Positions 53,729-64,000 of a stretch of DNA of 64,000 nt are shown piece by piece. Below the pieces are notes generated by a model. That model was not told where the DNA came from and searched no databases. It was given only the letters and a program-made list of their open reading frames with translations. How positions within the stretch are numbered: the stretch's first letter is position 1; each line of letters starts with the position of its first letter. The DNA is from Hyalangium minutum (GTDB lineage Bacteria > Myxococcota > Myxococcia > Myxococcales > Myxococcaceae). The stretch covers positions 183,666 through 247,665 of the forward strand of contig NZ_JMCB01000017.1 of the NCBI RefSeq assembly GCF_000737315.1, written 5' to 3'. The translations under genes were made by a program, and so were the position numbers.

Positions 53729-56605
53729 TCACAGGGTCTGCGCAATCGTCTGACGGTTGAGGATACGAGGCGTGATGAAGATCAGCAGCTCCTGCCGATC
53801 ATCGCGCTCGGTGTTCTGGCGGAAGAAGTAGCCCAGCACCGGGATCTTCCCGAGGAACGGGACCGACGCGGTGTTGGTGCTGCCGCGGCGCACGTAGATG
53901 CCGCCGATGACAGTGGTGTCGCCGTCCTTCACGAGCACCTGCGTCTGGGCCTCCTTGCGCTGGATGGCGGGCTGGCCGTTGGCGCCCGTGTTCGCGGGGT
54001 CCGGCTGGTTGTTCTGCGCCGTGATGGACATCAGGATGCTGCCGTCCTGGGTGATGTGCGGCGTCACCTCGAGCGACAGGCGGGCCTCGACGAAGATGGT
54101 GTTCGTGCCCTGGGCGGACGTCTGGCTGAACGGAATCGACACGCCCTGGCTGATGCGCGCGGTGTTGTTGTCCAGCGTGGTGACCTTGGGCGCGGAGATG
54201 GTCTTCACGTAGCCCTCGTTCTCCGCGGCGGACAGACGCAGCTGCAGTCCCAGCGCGCCGCCAGCCGAGCCGAACGTCATACCGATGGCACCACCCTGTC
54301 CGGCGCCCGTGGCGGCCGCCAGGTTGACGGCGAAGGGCGGCGCGTCATTGAAGCCTGCGGGAGCCTGGCCACCGGCGGAGCCGAAGATGTTCACCGCGTT
54401 CGGGAAGATGAGGCCCGTGCTGTTGCCCGTGGCCGCCGAGGCCGTGCCACTGCCGCCCCACTGCACGCCAAGCTGGCGGGAGAAGGACGTCGTCGCCTCG
54501 ACGATGCGGCTCTCGATGAGCACCTGCGGCGTCTGCGTATCCAGGTTGCGCACCAGCGCGCGCACCTTCTCGATGTGGGAGCGGATGTCCTTCACGATGA
54601 GGACGTTGGTGCGGGTATCCACCGTCACCGAGCCGCGCTCCGACAGGATGTCCTTCACGCGCTGGGACATGTCCTGCGCCACCGCGTAGTTCACTGGGAT
54701 GAGGTTGACGAGCAGGTCCTCCTGCTTGCGCAGCGAGGCGATGCGCTCGTTGCGCAGCCGCGCCTCCTCCTCCAGCGTCTTCAGCGGGGCGATGCGGATG
54801 ATGTTGCCCACCTCCTCCTTGCCCAGGTTCTTGGTGCGCAGGATGAGGTCCAGCGCCTGGTCCCAGGGCACGTTGCGCAGCCGGATCGTCACCTTGCCCG
54901 ACACGTCGTCGGCGACCACGATGTTCTTCTTCGAGATCTCCGCGATGACGCGCAGCAGGTTCTGGATGTCGATGTCCTTGAACTCGAAGGACACGCGCTT
55001 GCCCTTGTAGCGGGACTGCTTCGGCGCGCCCTCGGAGGCGTACGTCGGGGCCTCGGCGGTGAAGCCGGCGGTGCGCTGCGTAACAGCCACCTGCTCCGTC
55101 TTCACGCCCTGCACGGACAGGTGCCAGCTCAGCGAGCCTCCACCCTGCGTGACGGACTCCTCGATGGCGCCGTCGGCGGCCACCACCACGCGCACGCGGT
55201 TGCCCTCACCGGGCACCGTGAAGGCGCTGATCATCTTCACCGGCGTGTCGAGCGCGCTGGTGTCCAGGCTGCGCTCCAGCTTGCGCGGCAGCTTGGCGTT
55301 GTCCAGCGTCAGCACCGCGCTGCGCGGATCCGGGCGATCCACCTTCCAGGTCGCCGGGCCGGACAGCTTCAGCTGCACGCGGCCGCCCGCCTCACCCTCG
55401 TCGAAGGAGAGGTCCTTGACCTCCACCAGGGACGAAGAAGAGGCCTGGGCCACCTCGGCCGGAGCGGGAGCCGGGCGCAGCGGAGCGCTCTCGGCCACCA
55501 TCTCGCGGGACTCGTCCGCCTTGGGCGGAGCCTTCCGAGCCACCGCGCCACCCAGCAGGATCTCCAGACCGGAGTTCGCGCGGTCCACGCGGTAGGCCGG
55601 CATGCCGCCCGGAACATCGAGCACCAGCCGCACCTTCTCCGCGTGAGCGCCCACGCGCAGGCCCTTCAGCGTCTTGCTGCCGCGGACGCGCGGGGCCTTG
55701 GCCGACAGGTCCACGCCGTAGACGTCCACCGCGAGGCGCGGCGGATCCGCCAGCTCGAGCACCTCGTAGCGGGCGACCTCGCCATCCGTGCGGACAGCCA
55801 GCGTGTCCTTCTTGAAAGTAATCGCGGTGATGCGCTGAGCCGGGTGCGCCACCTCGCGCTCGTCCGCCTCGGCCGCCACGACATTCTCGGGCAGGGCCTG
55901 GGCGGGAGCGTCCTGGGGCTCACCCGCCTCGATCACCACCGGAGCCGCCTGAGGCGGCGCCGACTGCGCCACCACCGGCGCGGGCGTCGCGGGCTCGGAG
56001 GCCTTCACCGGCGCGGGCTCGGGAGCCTTCGCGACGGTGGGCGCCTGCACGGGAGCAGGAGCCTTCTCGGCCACCGGCGCCTTCTCCACGGCGGGAGCCT
56101 GGGCGACGGCCGGAGCCGGCTCCACCGCGGGTTTGCTCGCCTCGGCGGGCTTGCTCGCCTCGAGCGGAGCGGCCGCGGCGGTGCTCACCTGAGCCTCCGC
56201 GCCGTCCACCGAGATGATCACCCGGTTGCCGTCGGCGCGGACGTCATACTGAGACGCCTTGTCGAGGGCCACCAGCACCCGGCCGACGCTCGCGCGTTCG
56301 TCCGAGAACTGAGAGGCGACGATGCCCGTGACGGGACCGGTGCCTCCATGATGGCCTTTGATGGCCGTGGCATCCGCTGACGAGAGGTCCACCACCAACC
56401 GCTCCGGCCCACTGAGCCGAAACACGGTGAAGGTCGGCGGGCGAGTGCCCGAGACCACCACCTGGGTGCCAGACCCTGTCGGGACCACCTGCAGGTCCCG
56501 CAGCGTATTGAGTTCAGCGCCGTCTGCCCTGGCGCCCGCAAAGGCGACCGACAGCACGGCCGCGACCACCCACTTGCCCCTCGTCACATCGCTCTTCCCG
56601 AGCAT
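53729..56605 (-). CDS. pilQ: Type IV pilus secretin PilQ with AMIN domains
   Basis: AMIN repeats (PERLVVD, PPRLAVD), FEFKDIDI, VPWDQAL, QVLIESRIVE, ELLIFITPRI. Confidence 0.96.
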   Translation of the reverse strand: MLGKSDVTRGKWVVAAVLSVAFAGARADGAELNTLRDLQVVPTGSGTQVVVSGTRPPTFTVFRLSGPERLVVDLSSADATAIKGHHGGTGPVTGIVASQFSDERASVGRVLVALDKASQYDVRADGNRVIISVDGAEAQVSTAAAAPLEASKPAEASKPAVEPAPAVAQAPAVEKAPVAEKAPAPVQAPTVAKAPEPAPVKASEPATPAPVVAQSAPPQAAPVVIEAGEPQDAPAQALPENVVAAEADEREVAHPAQRITAITFKKDTLAVRTDGEVARYEVLELADPPRLAVDVYGVDLSAKAPRVRGSKTLKGLRVGAHAEKVRLVLDVPGGMPAYRVDRANSGLEILLGGAVARKAPPKADESREMVAESAPLRPAPAPAEVAQASSSSLVEVKDLSFDEGEAGGRVQLKLSGPATWKVDRPDPRSAVLTLDNAKLPRKLERSLDTSALDTPVKMISAFTVPGEGNRVRVVVAADGAIEESVTQGGGSLSWHLSVQGVKTEQVAVTQRTAGFTAEAPTYASEGAPKQSRYKGKRVSFEFKDIDIQNLLRVIAEISKKNIVVADDVSGKVTIRLRNVPWDQALDLILRTKNLGKEEVGNIIRIAPLKTLEEEARLRNERIASLRKQEDLLVNLIPVNYAVAQDMSQRVKDILSERGSVTVDTRTNVLIVKDIRSHIEKVRALVRNLDTQTPQVLIESRIVEATTSFSRQLGVQWGGSGTASAATGNSTGLIFPNAVNIFGSAGGQAPAGFNDAPPFAVNLAAATGAGQGGAIGMTFGSAGGALGLQLRLSAAENEGYVKTISAPKVTTLDNNTARISQGVSIPFSQTSAQGTNTIFVEARLSLEVTPHITQDGSILMSITAQNNQPDPANTGANGQPAIQRKEAQTQVLVKDGDTTVIGGIYVRRGSTNTASVPFLGKIPVLGYFFRQNTERDDRQELLIFITPRILNRQTIAQTL

Positions 56606-56655
56606 GCTACCCCTCTACAAGTTGGTATCGGGCGCGAGCTGCCGGCCCGACAGCG

Positions 56656-57225
56656 CTACTCCCAGTTCTTGCCCGTGGACAAGTCGTACAGCGAATCCCG
56701 CTTGGCATCCGGCTTCAGCTGGATGTTCACCGGATTGGCAATCACTTTGCCTTCCGACGGGATGTACTCGGTCACCGTCACCGAATCCCGCAGGATCTGA
56801 GTCACCCGGCCACCCTGGCGGCCCATGCGGGCGTTGCGGCGCACCACGTGCCCGCGGCCCATCGGGTCCTCCACCATGGCGATGGGGTTGGCGTCGCCAG
56901 TGACCACCGCCACCAGCTTGAGCTGATCCAGGTCCCACTGGCACAGCGGCTGATCGCACGTCGTCGCCACCGTGTTGTTGGTCGTCCGCTGCAACTCCTC
57001 GAGAGGAGAGCGGAACGGATCACGCTTGCCCACCGGGTTGTACGAATAATTCACGGAGGATTCGACCGCCGCGGCCGGCTTCGGCGCGGCAGCTGCGGCC
57101 GGCTTGGCGGCAACCGGCTTGGAAGGAGCCGCAGGCTGCGGGCTCCCTCCACAAGCGGCCACCGACAGGGCCAGCGCAACCGTGGTCATCTTGAACTTGA
57201 GCGTCTTCATCCTCTTGATCCTCAT
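56656..57225 (-). CDS. pilP: PilP lipoprotein
   Basis: Lipobox VAAC, YNPVGKRDPF, LKLVAV; true start may be 57210. Confidence 0.92.
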   Translation of the reverse strand: MRIKRMKTLKFKMTTVALALSVAACGGSPQPAAPSKPVAAKPAAAAAPKPAAAVESSVNYSYNPVGKRDPFRSPLEELQRTTNNTVATTCDQPLCQWDLDQLKLVAVVTGDANPIAMVEDPMGRGHVVRRNARMGRQGGRVTQILRDSVTVTEYIPSEGKVIANPVNIQLKPDAKRDSLYDLSTGKNWE

Positions 57226-57231
57226 CTGACC

Positions 57232-57861
57232 CTATTTCTTGTGCGGATCAACTTTATTGCCCGACTTCGCATCCTTTGCAGCCGCCGCCTGGTCGACGAA
57301 CCGGAAGGTCGTCGCCACGAAGGTGCTGGAAAGAATGACCTTCTCGTTCTTCACCGTCGGCCTGCCCAGGTCGATGCCGTTCACATTCACGATGCGGCGC
57401 ATGTTCGCGATCTCCTGCATGAACATGGCGATCTCGTGGTAGTTGCCGCTGACCGTCATCTTGATGGGGATGCGGGCGAAGAACTCACCGCCAGACACCG
57501 ACTCCTTGCCCGGCTCCACGCGAGCGATCTCCAGGCCCGACTTCTTGCCCACGTCGTTGATCTGCGCGAGCAGCTCGTCGATTTCCTTCTTCTCGGGCAG
57601 CTCCGTCAGCGCCTCGGCGAGCTTCTGCTCCAGCACGTCCATCTCGCGCCGGCGCTCGTTGAGGTTCTGGGCGATCTCGCTCTTCTCCGCGAGGTCGATG
57701 TCCAGCTTGCGGCGCTGCTCCACCTGCGCCTTGATCTGATCCTCGGTGGGCTGAACCATGAGGAAGAAGTTGGCGGCGGTCAGCAAGATGACCGCGGCCG
57801 CGAGACCGCCGTACTTCGCGCCAGCCGGGGCCTTTGCAATCTTGTCCAGGTACTGTTCCAT
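57232..57861 (-). CDS. pilO: PilO
   Basis: Start MEQYLDKI; TM, LPEKKEIDELL, GNYHEIAMF. Confidence 0.92.
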   Translation of the reverse strand: MEQYLDKIAKAPAGAKYGGLAAAVILLTAANFFLMVQPTEDQIKAQVEQRRKLDIDLAEKSEIAQNLNERRREMDVLEQKLAEALTELPEKKEIDELLAQINDVGKKSGLEIARVEPGKESVSGGEFFARIPIKMTVSGNYHEIAMFMQEIANMRRIVNVNGIDLGRPTVKNEKVILSSTFVATTFRFVDQAAAAKDAKSGNKVDPHKK

Positions 57862-57878
57862 GGCGTGAAAAGGTCCTC

Positions 57879-58559
57879 TTAGATGGCGTAGTTCGACGAC
57901 AGGTTGAGGTTGAACTCCACGATGGGGAAGCCGTTCGGGTCGTTGCCCGAGGGCGGCTTCTGGATCGCGTCCCTCAACTCGATGTTGGTGAAGAAAGACT
58001 TGATGGCGGACACCGGGAACTCCTCGATGGCCGCGTCCGTGAGCAACTCCACGCGCGAGGTGGGCGAGTCCTTGCGGGACTCCACCAGGCGGCCCATGCC
58101 CTTCGGCGTCCACACCATGTGGCTCAGGTTGCTCATGAACTCGGCCACTTCGTCATGGCTGATGGCCGAGCCGGAGATCTTCATGGCGCCCTTGTCCTCG
58201 ACGAAGCCCTTGAGCCAGAGCTTCTTCGGAACGGCCAGGGCCATGGCGTCCATCATCTTCACCGGACCGCTGCGGCCCTTGCGCAGGTTGTCCAGCACGC
58301 CGAGCTTCTTCTCCACCTCGGCCTTGCGGTCATTGATCTTGTCCACCTCGCCAATGACCTTCTTGAGCTCTTCGATCTTGGTCTGGACCTGGCGGATGCC
58401 GCTGGCGTTCTGGTCGAACTCGGCCTTGCGGTCCGCGTACCACATGTAGTTGCCGACCACGGCGCCCACCAGGACGATGGCGAAGAGGACAAGGATCTGC
58501 TTGCCCATCTCCTTCTTCTTCGCCGCCCGGACGGGCAGGAGGTTGATGCGGATCATCAT
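57879..58559 (-). CDS. pilN: PilN
   Basis: MIRINLLP motif, TM, coiled coil. Confidence 0.93.
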   Translation of the reverse strand: MMIRINLLPVRAAKKKEMGKQILVLFAIVLVGAVVGNYMWYADRKAEFDQNASGIRQVQTKIEELKKVIGEVDKINDRKAEVEKKLGVLDNLRKGRSGPVKMMDAMALAVPKKLWLKGFVEDKGAMKISGSAISHDEVAEFMSNLSHMVWTPKGMGRLVESRKDSPTSRVELLTDAAIEEFPVSAIKSFFTNIELRDAIQKPPSGNDPNGFPIVEFNLNLSSNYAI

Positions 58560-58592
58560 ATGCGTCTGTTCCTTGAAGAATGAGGAGAAGGG

Positions 58593-59675
58593 TTAGTTCA
58601 GCTTGTCACCGGGCCGGCGGAGCGCGAGTCCCACCGCCACCGCCGCCATGGGCGCCACGTCCATGATGAAGGCCGGGTCGAACTTGCGGTTGTCCACTTC
58701 GATCTTCCGGAAGGGATTGAGGATCTCCACCGGCACGCCCACGCGCGTCTCAATGGTCTTGAACAGCGCGGGGATCTTCGCGGTACCACCGGAGAGGTAA
58801 ACCTTGCTGAAGTTGGCGTCCGCGGCGGTGCCCGCGTAGAAGTCCAGCGAGCGCTGGATTTCACCGGCCACCTGCTCGGCCACGCTGGTGAGCACCCGCT
58901 CCACATCCTGAGGCACCACGGCGTCGGCGTCCTGGCTGTTGCCGCCGATCTTCATCACCTCGGCCTGCTCGTAGGAGACGTTGAGCTGCTTCTGGATCTC
59001 CTCGGTGAACTGGTTGCCGCCGATCGTCACGTCGCGCGTGAAGACGGTGATGCCGTTGGAGATGATGTTGATGTTCACCACCGAGGCGCCCGCGTTGATG
59101 AGCACCACGGTCTCCTTCTCCGGCAAGTCGTAGTTGGCGGAGAACATGTTCTGGACGGCGAACGCGTCCACGTCCACCACCACCGGCGCGAGCCCCGCCT
59201 CGGAGACCACGGTGGTGTAGTCGTTGATCATGTCCTTCTTGGCGGCCACCAACAGCACATCCATCTGCCCGGTGGCGTCATTGGCGCCCGCGTCGAGGAT
59301 CTGCGTGTCGATGTTCACGTCCTTCACGTCGAAGGGGATGTACTGCTCCGCCTCCCACTGGATGCTCTCCTCGAGCTCTTCCTGGCTCATGCGAGGCATC
59401 TGGATCTTCTTGATGATGACCGAGTGACCGGAGACGCCGATGGCGACCTCCTTGCTCTTGATCTTCAGCTCGTTCATCAGCTCCTGCACCGCCTGGACGA
59501 TCGCGGTGGAGTTCATCAGCGCGCCGTCGACGATGGCCTCAGGAGGCAGCGGCTTCATTCCGAAGCTCTGCAGCGCGTAGCCGACCTCGCCACGCTTGCG
59601 CTGCTCCTTGAGGAGGATCATCTTCACAGAGGTCGATCCGATATCCAGACCGAGTGCCAGTTTGCCCTTCGCCAT
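58593..59675 (-). CDS. pilM: PilM actin-like ATPase
   Basis: GLDIGSTSVK, YIPFD, LINAGA, LSGG, AVGLALR. Confidence 0.95.
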   Translation of the reverse strand: MAKGKLALGLDIGSTSVKMILLKEQRKRGEVGYALQSFGMKPLPPEAIVDGALMNSTAIVQAVQELMNELKIKSKEVAIGVSGHSVIIKKIQMPRMSQEELEESIQWEAEQYIPFDVKDVNIDTQILDAGANDATGQMDVLLVAAKKDMINDYTTVVSEAGLAPVVVDVDAFAVQNMFSANYDLPEKETVVLINAGASVVNINIISNGITVFTRDVTIGGNQFTEEIQKQLNVSYEQAEVMKIGGNSQDADAVVPQDVERVLTSVAEQVAGEIQRSLDFYAGTAADANFSKVYLSGGTAKIPALFKTIETRVGVPVEILNPFRKIEVDNRKFDPAFIMDVAPMAAVAVGLALRRPGDKLN

Positions 59676-59882
59676 GCGATTCTCCCGTGGAGAGGGCGCC
59701 AGCGTAGCACCAGCGCGCAACCCCGCCTAAAAGTTGACCGGCGCTCGCTCGCTCCGCGTCCGGCCAGCCATGGCCTGCAACAGCCCTGAGCCAGCCGCCG
59801 CGCCCCTCGTAACGCCGCAGGGGCCGATTTTCTGGCGCTCGGAGCGCGCCGTCAAATCCCCACAGTGTGCTCACCTGGACGC

Positions 59883-61289
59883 CTAGCTGCCCTTTTCGGC
59901 CTCTGCGTCGGGATCGATTCCGTACTCTTTGATTTTGTACAGAAGCGCGCGATGGCTGATGTCCAGAACTTCGGCAGCGCGGGTGCGGTTGCCCTTGGTC
60001 CGGCGCAGGGCTGCGCGGATGTATGTCTCCTCCAGCTCGCGCATGGCGCGCTTGAGGGACAGGTCGCTACCGGCATGTTGCACGGGAGCCGAGCCAGCGG
60101 GCGGCGGGGGCGCCGTCCAGAGCCGCTCGGGCAGGTTCGAGGGCAGGACGTGGGGGCCGTCCGTCAGGAGCACGGCGCGCTCCATGGCGTTTTCCAGCTC
60201 TCGCACGTTACCGGGCCAGCCATAGGAGGACATGAGCGCCTCGGCCTCGGGGCTGAGGCGCTCCACCGGCGGCTCGCGGTTGAGTTGCCGGTTGAAGCGC
60301 TGAATGAAGGCCCGGGCCAAAAGTGGAATGTCCTCGCGGCGCTCACGCAGCGGAGGCATCCGCAGGTTCACCACGTTGAGGCGGTAGTAGAGGTCCTCTC
60401 GGAACTCCCCGCGCTCCACCAGCTTGCCCAGATCGCGCAGCGTCGCGGCGATGACGCGCACGTCCACACGCTCGGCGCGGCTCTCGCCCACGGGGCGGAT
60501 TTCGCCCTCCTGGAGCACGCGCAGCAACTTCACCTGGGCGGGCAGCGGCAGCTCGCCCACCTCGTCCAGGAAGAGCGTGCCGCCGTCAGCCTCGCTGAAG
60601 AGGCCCCGCTTGGCGGTGCGCGCGTCGGTGAAGGCACCCTTGGCGTGGCCAAACAGCTCGCTCTCGATGAGGCCCGCAGGGATGGCGCCGCAGTTGACCG
60701 CGACGAAAGGTTGCGTGACCCGGGGCGAGCGCTCGTGCAGGGCGCGAGCGATGAGCTCCTTGCCCGTGCCGCTCTCACCCGTAATCAAGATGGTGGTGTT
60801 CACCGGCGCGAGCCGATCTACCTGGCGCAGCACGGCCTTGAGGCCCTCGCTCTCGCCGAGGATGCGCTCGGGAGGAGGCGCCGAAGCCGTGCGCAGGCGC
60901 CGGTTCTCTCGGACCAGCCGCTCGCGCTCCTCGGCCTTGCGGAGGACGAAGACAATCTCCTCGGGCTTGAAGGGCTTCTGAACGTAGTCGTACGCGCCCG
61001 CCCCTACCGCCTCGAGCGCCTGCTCCTGGGAGCCATAGGCGCTCATGACGAGCACGGTGAGGCCGGGGTGCTCGGCGATGGCCTGGCGCAGCACGGAGAG
61101 GCCGTCGCGCTTGGGCATGCGCACGTCACACAGCAGCACGTCGTAGCTGCGCGCAGACAGCTCGCGCACGGCCTCCTCGCCGTCAGCGACGGCGCGGACC
61201 TCATACCCATGCTCGGTGAGCACCAGGGTGAGGACGTGGCGAATCGAAGGTTCGTCGTCAGCGACGAGGATGGAGCGGAAGGTGGGCAT
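59883..61289 (-). CDS. pilR2: Sigma54-dependent response regulator (PilR2-like)
   Basis: REC, GESGTGKE, ESELFGH, GAFTDA, FLDE, WPGNVREL, HTH; synteny. Confidence 0.8.
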   Translation of the reverse strand: MPTFRSILVADDEPSIRHVLTLVLTEHGYEVRAVADGEEAVRELSARSYDVLLCDVRMPKRDGLSVLRQAIAEHPGLTVLVMSAYGSQEQALEAVGAGAYDYVQKPFKPEEIVFVLRKAEERERLVRENRRLRTASAPPPERILGESEGLKAVLRQVDRLAPVNTTILITGESGTGKELIARALHERSPRVTQPFVAVNCGAIPAGLIESELFGHAKGAFTDARTAKRGLFSEADGGTLFLDEVGELPLPAQVKLLRVLQEGEIRPVGESRAERVDVRVIAATLRDLGKLVERGEFREDLYYRLNVVNLRMPPLRERREDIPLLARAFIQRFNRQLNREPPVERLSPEAEALMSSYGWPGNVRELENAMERAVLLTDGPHVLPSNLPERLWTAPPPPAGSAPVQHAGSDLSLKRAMRELEETYIRAALRRTKGNRTRAAEVLDISHRALLYKIKEYGIDPDAEAEKGS

Positions 61290-61342
61290 GGACGCTCAGG
61301 ACCCCATCATCCCCTAGCGCCCTGACGAAGGGGAGTTCCGTT

Positions 61343-62461
<1,119 letters not shown>

Positions 62462-62480
62462 CTCGCCCGGGCCTCACGCG

Positions 62481-63542
62481 TCACCGCGCGGCTCCCACGA
62501 GCAGCGCGAACGGGCCCGGCAGGACCTGCGCCAACCACGGCCCGAGCAGCATGATCTCCAACCCCGCCAAAGCCAGCCAGGGTCCAAAGGGGATGTTGGT
62601 CGTGCCGGGAACCCAGTCGATCTCGTCGCCCTCTTCGTCCATGGGCTCGTCTGGGATGGGCTGGAACAGCAGACACCAGGGCACCAGCAGCAGCCGCTTC
62701 CACAGCGGAATGCCCGGCTTCGTGAACTCCCACGTCATGGTCAGCTCGGGCTCGGGTGCCTGCCCCTCGGACGAGCCCTCGGCGCCGGGCGCCTGCTCAC
62801 CGGGCGAGCCCTCCGACTCTGGCTCGGACGCCACCTCTACGCGCGGCCCTGCCCTGCCGGTGAGTGCAATCATCAGCATCCCCACCACTGCACCCTGGAG
62901 CGAGGACAGAAAGAGGATGCCCAGCAGCGCCTTCCACGAGAGGAACGCGCCCAGCAGCGCCACCAGGAACTTGTCCCCGCCGCCCAGCGCCTCCTTATTG
63001 AAGATCTTCCAGCCGATGTACTCCATCAGGCGGAACGTCACGAAGCCCACCCCGGCGCCCAGCACCGCCCCCTGGAGGCTGTACATCCCCCTGGGTATGG
63101 CCAGCACCACCCCCGCGACGATGCCGGGGATGGTGAGGGAGAAGGGCAAGATCCAATGATCCAGATCAATAAAGGTGAGCGGCACCAACAGGGAGACGAG
63201 CACCAGCCCTGAGAGCAGCTCCCAGCTGAAGCCGAAGCGCCGCACGCACGCCAGGAACAGCAGCCCTACGAGCAGCTCCACCAACGGGTAGCGGATGGAG
63301 ATGGGCGCCTTGCAGCCCTTGCAGCGGCCCCTCAACGCCAGCCACGAGAGCAGAGGAATGTTCTCGTACCAGGCAAGCGAGTGCCCACACTTGGGGCACC
63401 GGGAGCGCGGGCGAACGATGCTTTCCCCCTGCGGAACGCGGGCAATGACGACATTCAAGAAACTACCGACGCACAGGCCCAGGACGAAGAGCCAGACGGT
63501 CAGCAGCGTTTCGAAGTACGGCGGCCACTCCAATTCGTCCAT
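62481..63542 (-). CDS. pilD: Prepilin peptidase PilD
   Basis: GSFLNVVIAR, CPKC...CKGC, IDLD, GGGD, IPFGP. Confidence 0.95.
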   Translation of the reverse strand: MDELEWPPYFETLLTVWLFVLGLCVGSFLNVVIARVPQGESIVRPRSRCPKCGHSLAWYENIPLLSWLALRGRCKGCKAPISIRYPLVELLVGLLFLACVRRFGFSWELLSGLVLVSLLVPLTFIDLDHWILPFSLTIPGIVAGVVLAIPRGMYSLQGAVLGAGVGFVTFRLMEYIGWKIFNKEALGGGDKFLVALLGAFLSWKALLGILFLSSLQGAVVGMLMIALTGRAGPRVEVASEPESEGSPGEQAPGAEGSSEGQAPEPELTMTWEFTKPGIPLWKRLLLVPWCLLFQPIPDEPMDEEGDEIDWVPGTTNIPFGPWLALAGLEIMLLGPWLAQVLPGPFALLVGAAR

Positions 63543-63605
63543 CGGGCTCCGAGGCTACCAGCGCCCTTGCTGGCTGCCCGAAAAAGTCGCGGGTGACCCG
63601 ATCCG

Positions 63606-63642
63606 GGTGCCCAATTTCGTCGGAAGGTGCCAAAAATTGTCG
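63606..63642 (+). promoter_or_regulatory. Tandem direct repeat, candidate enhancer-binding-protein UAS
   Basis: GGTGCC-N7-GTCG at 63606-63622 and 63626-63642 (20-bp period). Confidence 0.5.
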
Positions 63643-63717
63643 ATCCTCGGGGGGCCTGATCTACAACGGGCTCCCCCTGAGGCCAGAGGATCAGGCCACT
63701 TAGCGGATCTGGCGCGG

Positions 63718-63734
63718 CTGGCCTTTTCCTTGCT
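63718..63734 (+). promoter_or_regulatory. Sigma54 (-24/-12) promoter motif for the pilin gene
   Basis: CTGGCCTTTTCCTTGCT: GG-N10-GC with TGGC and TTGCT, 56 nt before the ATG. Confidence 0.65.
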
Positions 63735-63790
63735 ATGACAGGACCCGTCGTTCACCCCCAGTCCTCGCCGACTGTAAGGAGCAGCAGACC

Positions 63791-64000
63791 ATGACGAAGA
63801 CCCGTAAGCACGCAGGCTTTACCCTCATCGAGCTCATGATCGTGGTGGCGATCATCGGCATCCTCGCGGCCATCGCGATCCCGAACTTCATCCGCTTCCA
63901 GGCTCGCGCCCGTCAGTCCGAGGTCCACGGCAACCTGAAGTCGCTCTTCACGGGTCTGCGCACCCAGCAGCGCAAGCCGCCGCTCACCATCCGCGCGACC
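63791..64000 (+). CDS. Type IVa pilin (PilA-like), 3' end cut off by window end
   Basis: Not in the ORF track; MTKTRKHAG|[46 protein letters not shown]...; G-1/F+1/E+5 class III signal. Confidence 0.93.
   Translation, partial: MTKTRKHAGFTLIELMIVVAIIGILAAIAIPNFIRFQARARQSEVHGNLKSLFTGLRTQQRKPPLTIRAT

Noticed and set aside
57862-58113. pilO frame open across pilN (possible frameshift fusion); similar extensions for envC, ftsE, accC, ddl
   Set aside because: Each gene has its own canonical start and stop; no slippery site seen.

Overview
High-GC (about 70% by eye) myxobacterial chromosome segment, Cystobacterineae-like. From about 14.9 kb to the end it follows the conserved Myxococcus xanthus locus; the correspondence (roughly MXAN_5743-5779) is recalled from memory, not searched. 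Gene order along the window: ddl; PEGA protein, ctpA, hydrolase, envC, ftsX, ftsE, romY; carF; murI; tolQRAB; class V aminotransferase, Ppx/GppA, MFS; acyltransferase; tamA, tamB, exeA-like, sgmX; accC, accB, efp, mglC; pilQPONM, pilR2, pilS2, pilD. The first about 14.9 kb is accessory-looking. It holds a minus-strand run (membrane protein, hypothetical with repeated W-x-x-D-F motifs, two tandem vWA paralogs with His/acid tails, and a His-rich SPC-type P1B metal ATPase cut by the window edge), an RsbQ/KAI2-like hydrolase with three histidine kinases, and a GST-like gene. Probable insertions in the core locus are a sugar porter, an Rpn-family PD-(D/E)xK gene with a likely intragenic small ORF, and a lipoprotein bracketed by a 10-bp inverted repeat. 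At the right end, a type IV pilin is transcribed divergently from pilD, with a sigma54-spaced promoter motif and tandem upstream repeats. No rRNA, tRNA, CRISPR array or IS element was seen. The best candidates for undescribed biology are the vWA-vWA-P1B-ATPase operon, the Rpn long/short pair, and the divergent sigma54 pilin next to pilS2R2. All homology calls come from motif recognition only.
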